58,424 nt of DNA from Bacillota bacterium. GTDB taxonomy: Bacteria > Bacillota > Dethiobacteria > DTU022 > UBA8154. The stretch's first letter is position 1. Every line of letters begins with the position of its first letter. This document shows positions 57,386-58,424 of this stretch, in pieces. The stretch covers positions 1-58,424 of the forward strand of contig JAAYOY010000233.1 in the NCBI GenBank assembly GCA_012520035.1, in the 5' to 3' direction. Below the pieces are notes generated by a model. That model ran no database searches. It was not told where the DNA came from and saw only the letters and a list, made by a program, of their open reading frames with translations. The position numbers and the translations under genes are program-made.

Positions 57386-58424
57386 ATGAAAGAGGTGAAT
57401 GATTTGAAATTGCTGCTGAGCCGTGCTTCTATACTGCTGTTTTTTGCTCTGCTGATGGTGTTTGGTCTTTTTATCTTCACGGCAAGGTATATGAGCAATG
57501 CTTCAACCTGGGTGCATTATCCCACAAACCAGCATCTGTATGCGGAAGGGAAATTATTATCATGTGGAACCATTTATGACCGCAGGGGAAGTGTTCTTTG
57601 TCAGGTAGAGGGCGGAGAGTTAAAATTCCATGCGGACAGGGAAGTGCGCACCGCCGTTATGCATGCCACGGGGGATTTGTATGACAATGTGATGACCGGG
57701 GCCAGGGTGGCCTTCAGGGATCAGCTCAGCGGCTGGAATATAATCAACGGGGTTTACAGTTTCCGCAAACAGGGGAAGGCCGGCAAGGATCTAACCCTGA
57801 ACCTGGATGCCGGTTTGTGCGCTGTTGCGTATGGCGAACTTGGCGGCCGCAAGGGAGCGGTTGGGGTATATAACTATCAGACAGGAGAGATTCTCTGCAT
57901 GGTGAGTTCGCCATCCTTTGATCCGGAGAATCCTCCCGACGTGGAGGCGAACCCTGAAAAGTATCAGGGAGTATATATCAACCGTCTTCTATCAGCGGTT
58001 TATACGCCCGGTTCAGTGTTTAAACTGGTGACCGCTGCTGCGGCGATTGAGTGTCTTGATAACATTGAACATGCCGTTTATCATTGCGAAGGAGGGCTGC
58101 AGGTAGGGGGGGATGAGGTAACCTGCCATACGATCCACGGTCCGGTTGGCCTGGAGGAAGCCCTTGCCTGTTCGTGCAACGTGGCCTTTGCACAGATCAC
58201 CTCTGAACTCGGGGCCGGTAAACTGCAGAAATTTGCCGACGCAGCAGGATTTAATACAAGTTTGGAGGTGGATGGCATTAAAACCGCGGTGGGGAGGTTT
58301 GATGTATCGGATGCGGTGGGGGCAGACCTGGCCTGGTCCGGAATAGGACAATATACCAATACCGCCAACCCCTTGAATATTATGGCGTATATGGGGGCCA
58401 TCGCAAATGATGGTGTCTGCATAA
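57386..58424 (+). CDS. Class B penicillin-binding protein (transpeptidase), 3' end outside the window
   Basis: Frame not in the ORF track because it has no stop. ATG 57386 lies 8 nt after GGGGAGG. N-terminal TM ILLFFALLMVFGLFIF, SxxK as PGSVFK, SxN as SCN. The frame stays open to the window edge. Confidence 0.85.
   Translation, partial: MKEVNDLKLLLSRASILLFFALLMVFGLFIFTARYMSNASTWVHYPTNQHLYAEGKLLSCGTIYDRRGSVLCQVEGGELKFHADREVRTAVMHATGDLYDNVMTGARVAFRDQLSGWNIINGVYSFRKQGKAGKDLTLNLDAGLCAVAYGELGGRKGAVGVYNYQTGEILCMVSSPSFDPENPPDVEANPEKYQGVYINRLLSAVYTPGSVFKLVTAAAAIECLDNIEHAVYHCEGGLQVGGDEVTCHTIHGPVGLEEALACSCNVAFAQITSELGAGKLQKFADAAGFNTSLEVDGIKTAVGRFDVSDAVGADLAWSGIGQYTNTANPLNIMAYMGAIANDGVCI

Noticed and set aside
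58013-58422. Two overlapping minus-strand ORFs of 112-113 aa at the window edge
   Set aside because: They are antisense to the unlisted plus-strand PBP frame (57386 onwards). That frame carries SxxK and SxN motifs and a proper SD/ATG.
1-58424. Search by eye for CRISPR arrays, tRNA/rRNA genes, IS elements, integrases, prophage blocks and known defence-system signatures
   Set aside because: I found no spaced direct-repeat array, cloverleaf-like or rRNA-like segment, transposase or integrase ORF, or terminal inverted repeats. The repeats seen are the short tandem duplications listed as features. A proper scan (tRNAscan-SE, Infernal/Rfam, ISfinder, DefenseFinder/PADLOC) would be needed to exclude them formally.

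Overview
This is a 58.4-kb chromosomal segment from an endospore-forming Firmicute, probably a Clostridia-like anaerobe. The species cannot be determined from the sequence alone. About 60 protein genes are supported. I recognised no rRNA, tRNA, CRISPR array, transposase or integrase.

The backbone follows the housekeeping and sporulation gene order known from Bacillus subtilis:
- (ylxR) | infB-rbfA-nrnA-truB-ribF | rpsO-pnp-two NodB-type deacetylases-vanW
- dut | dpaA-dpaB-dapA | rnj
- tepA-ylzJ (inverted)
- Na/Pi symporter-uppP-ftsK/spoIIIE-rodZ-rimO
- thpR-recA | rny | spoVS
- dipeptidase-PHP phosphoesterase
- Na+-decarboxylase delta/carrier/beta genes
- a second vanW, DUF1657 plus a DUF421-DUF1657 protein, and gltX
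- a looser accessory region: GT4, HD-GYP, a holin-like gene, a TipA-type MerR, flavodoxin, an HD hydrolase, GT2-GT2, galE and ald
- a GC-rich FHA-SEDS/PBP pair at the 3' edge

The candidates I consider most worth a second look:
1. A tightly coupled minus-strand operon (10999-13169) encoding an orphan ABC-type ATPase, a G3E-like metallochaperone NTPase and a Cys-rich Fe-S protein.
2. An operon (28539-31963) encoding a small membrane protein, a short FtsH-like AAA-metalloprotease and a polytopic metallophosphoesterase.
3. A compositionally foreign FHA-fused SEDS polymerase with its class B PBP (55475-58424).
4. A DUF1657 / DUF421-DUF1657 pair that resembles the front of the spoVA2mob spore-heat-resistance operon.
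5. A T9 homopolymer frameshift that cuts the signal anchor off a deacetylase-like gene.

All functional calls come from motifs read by eye in the supplied translations. No database search was run.
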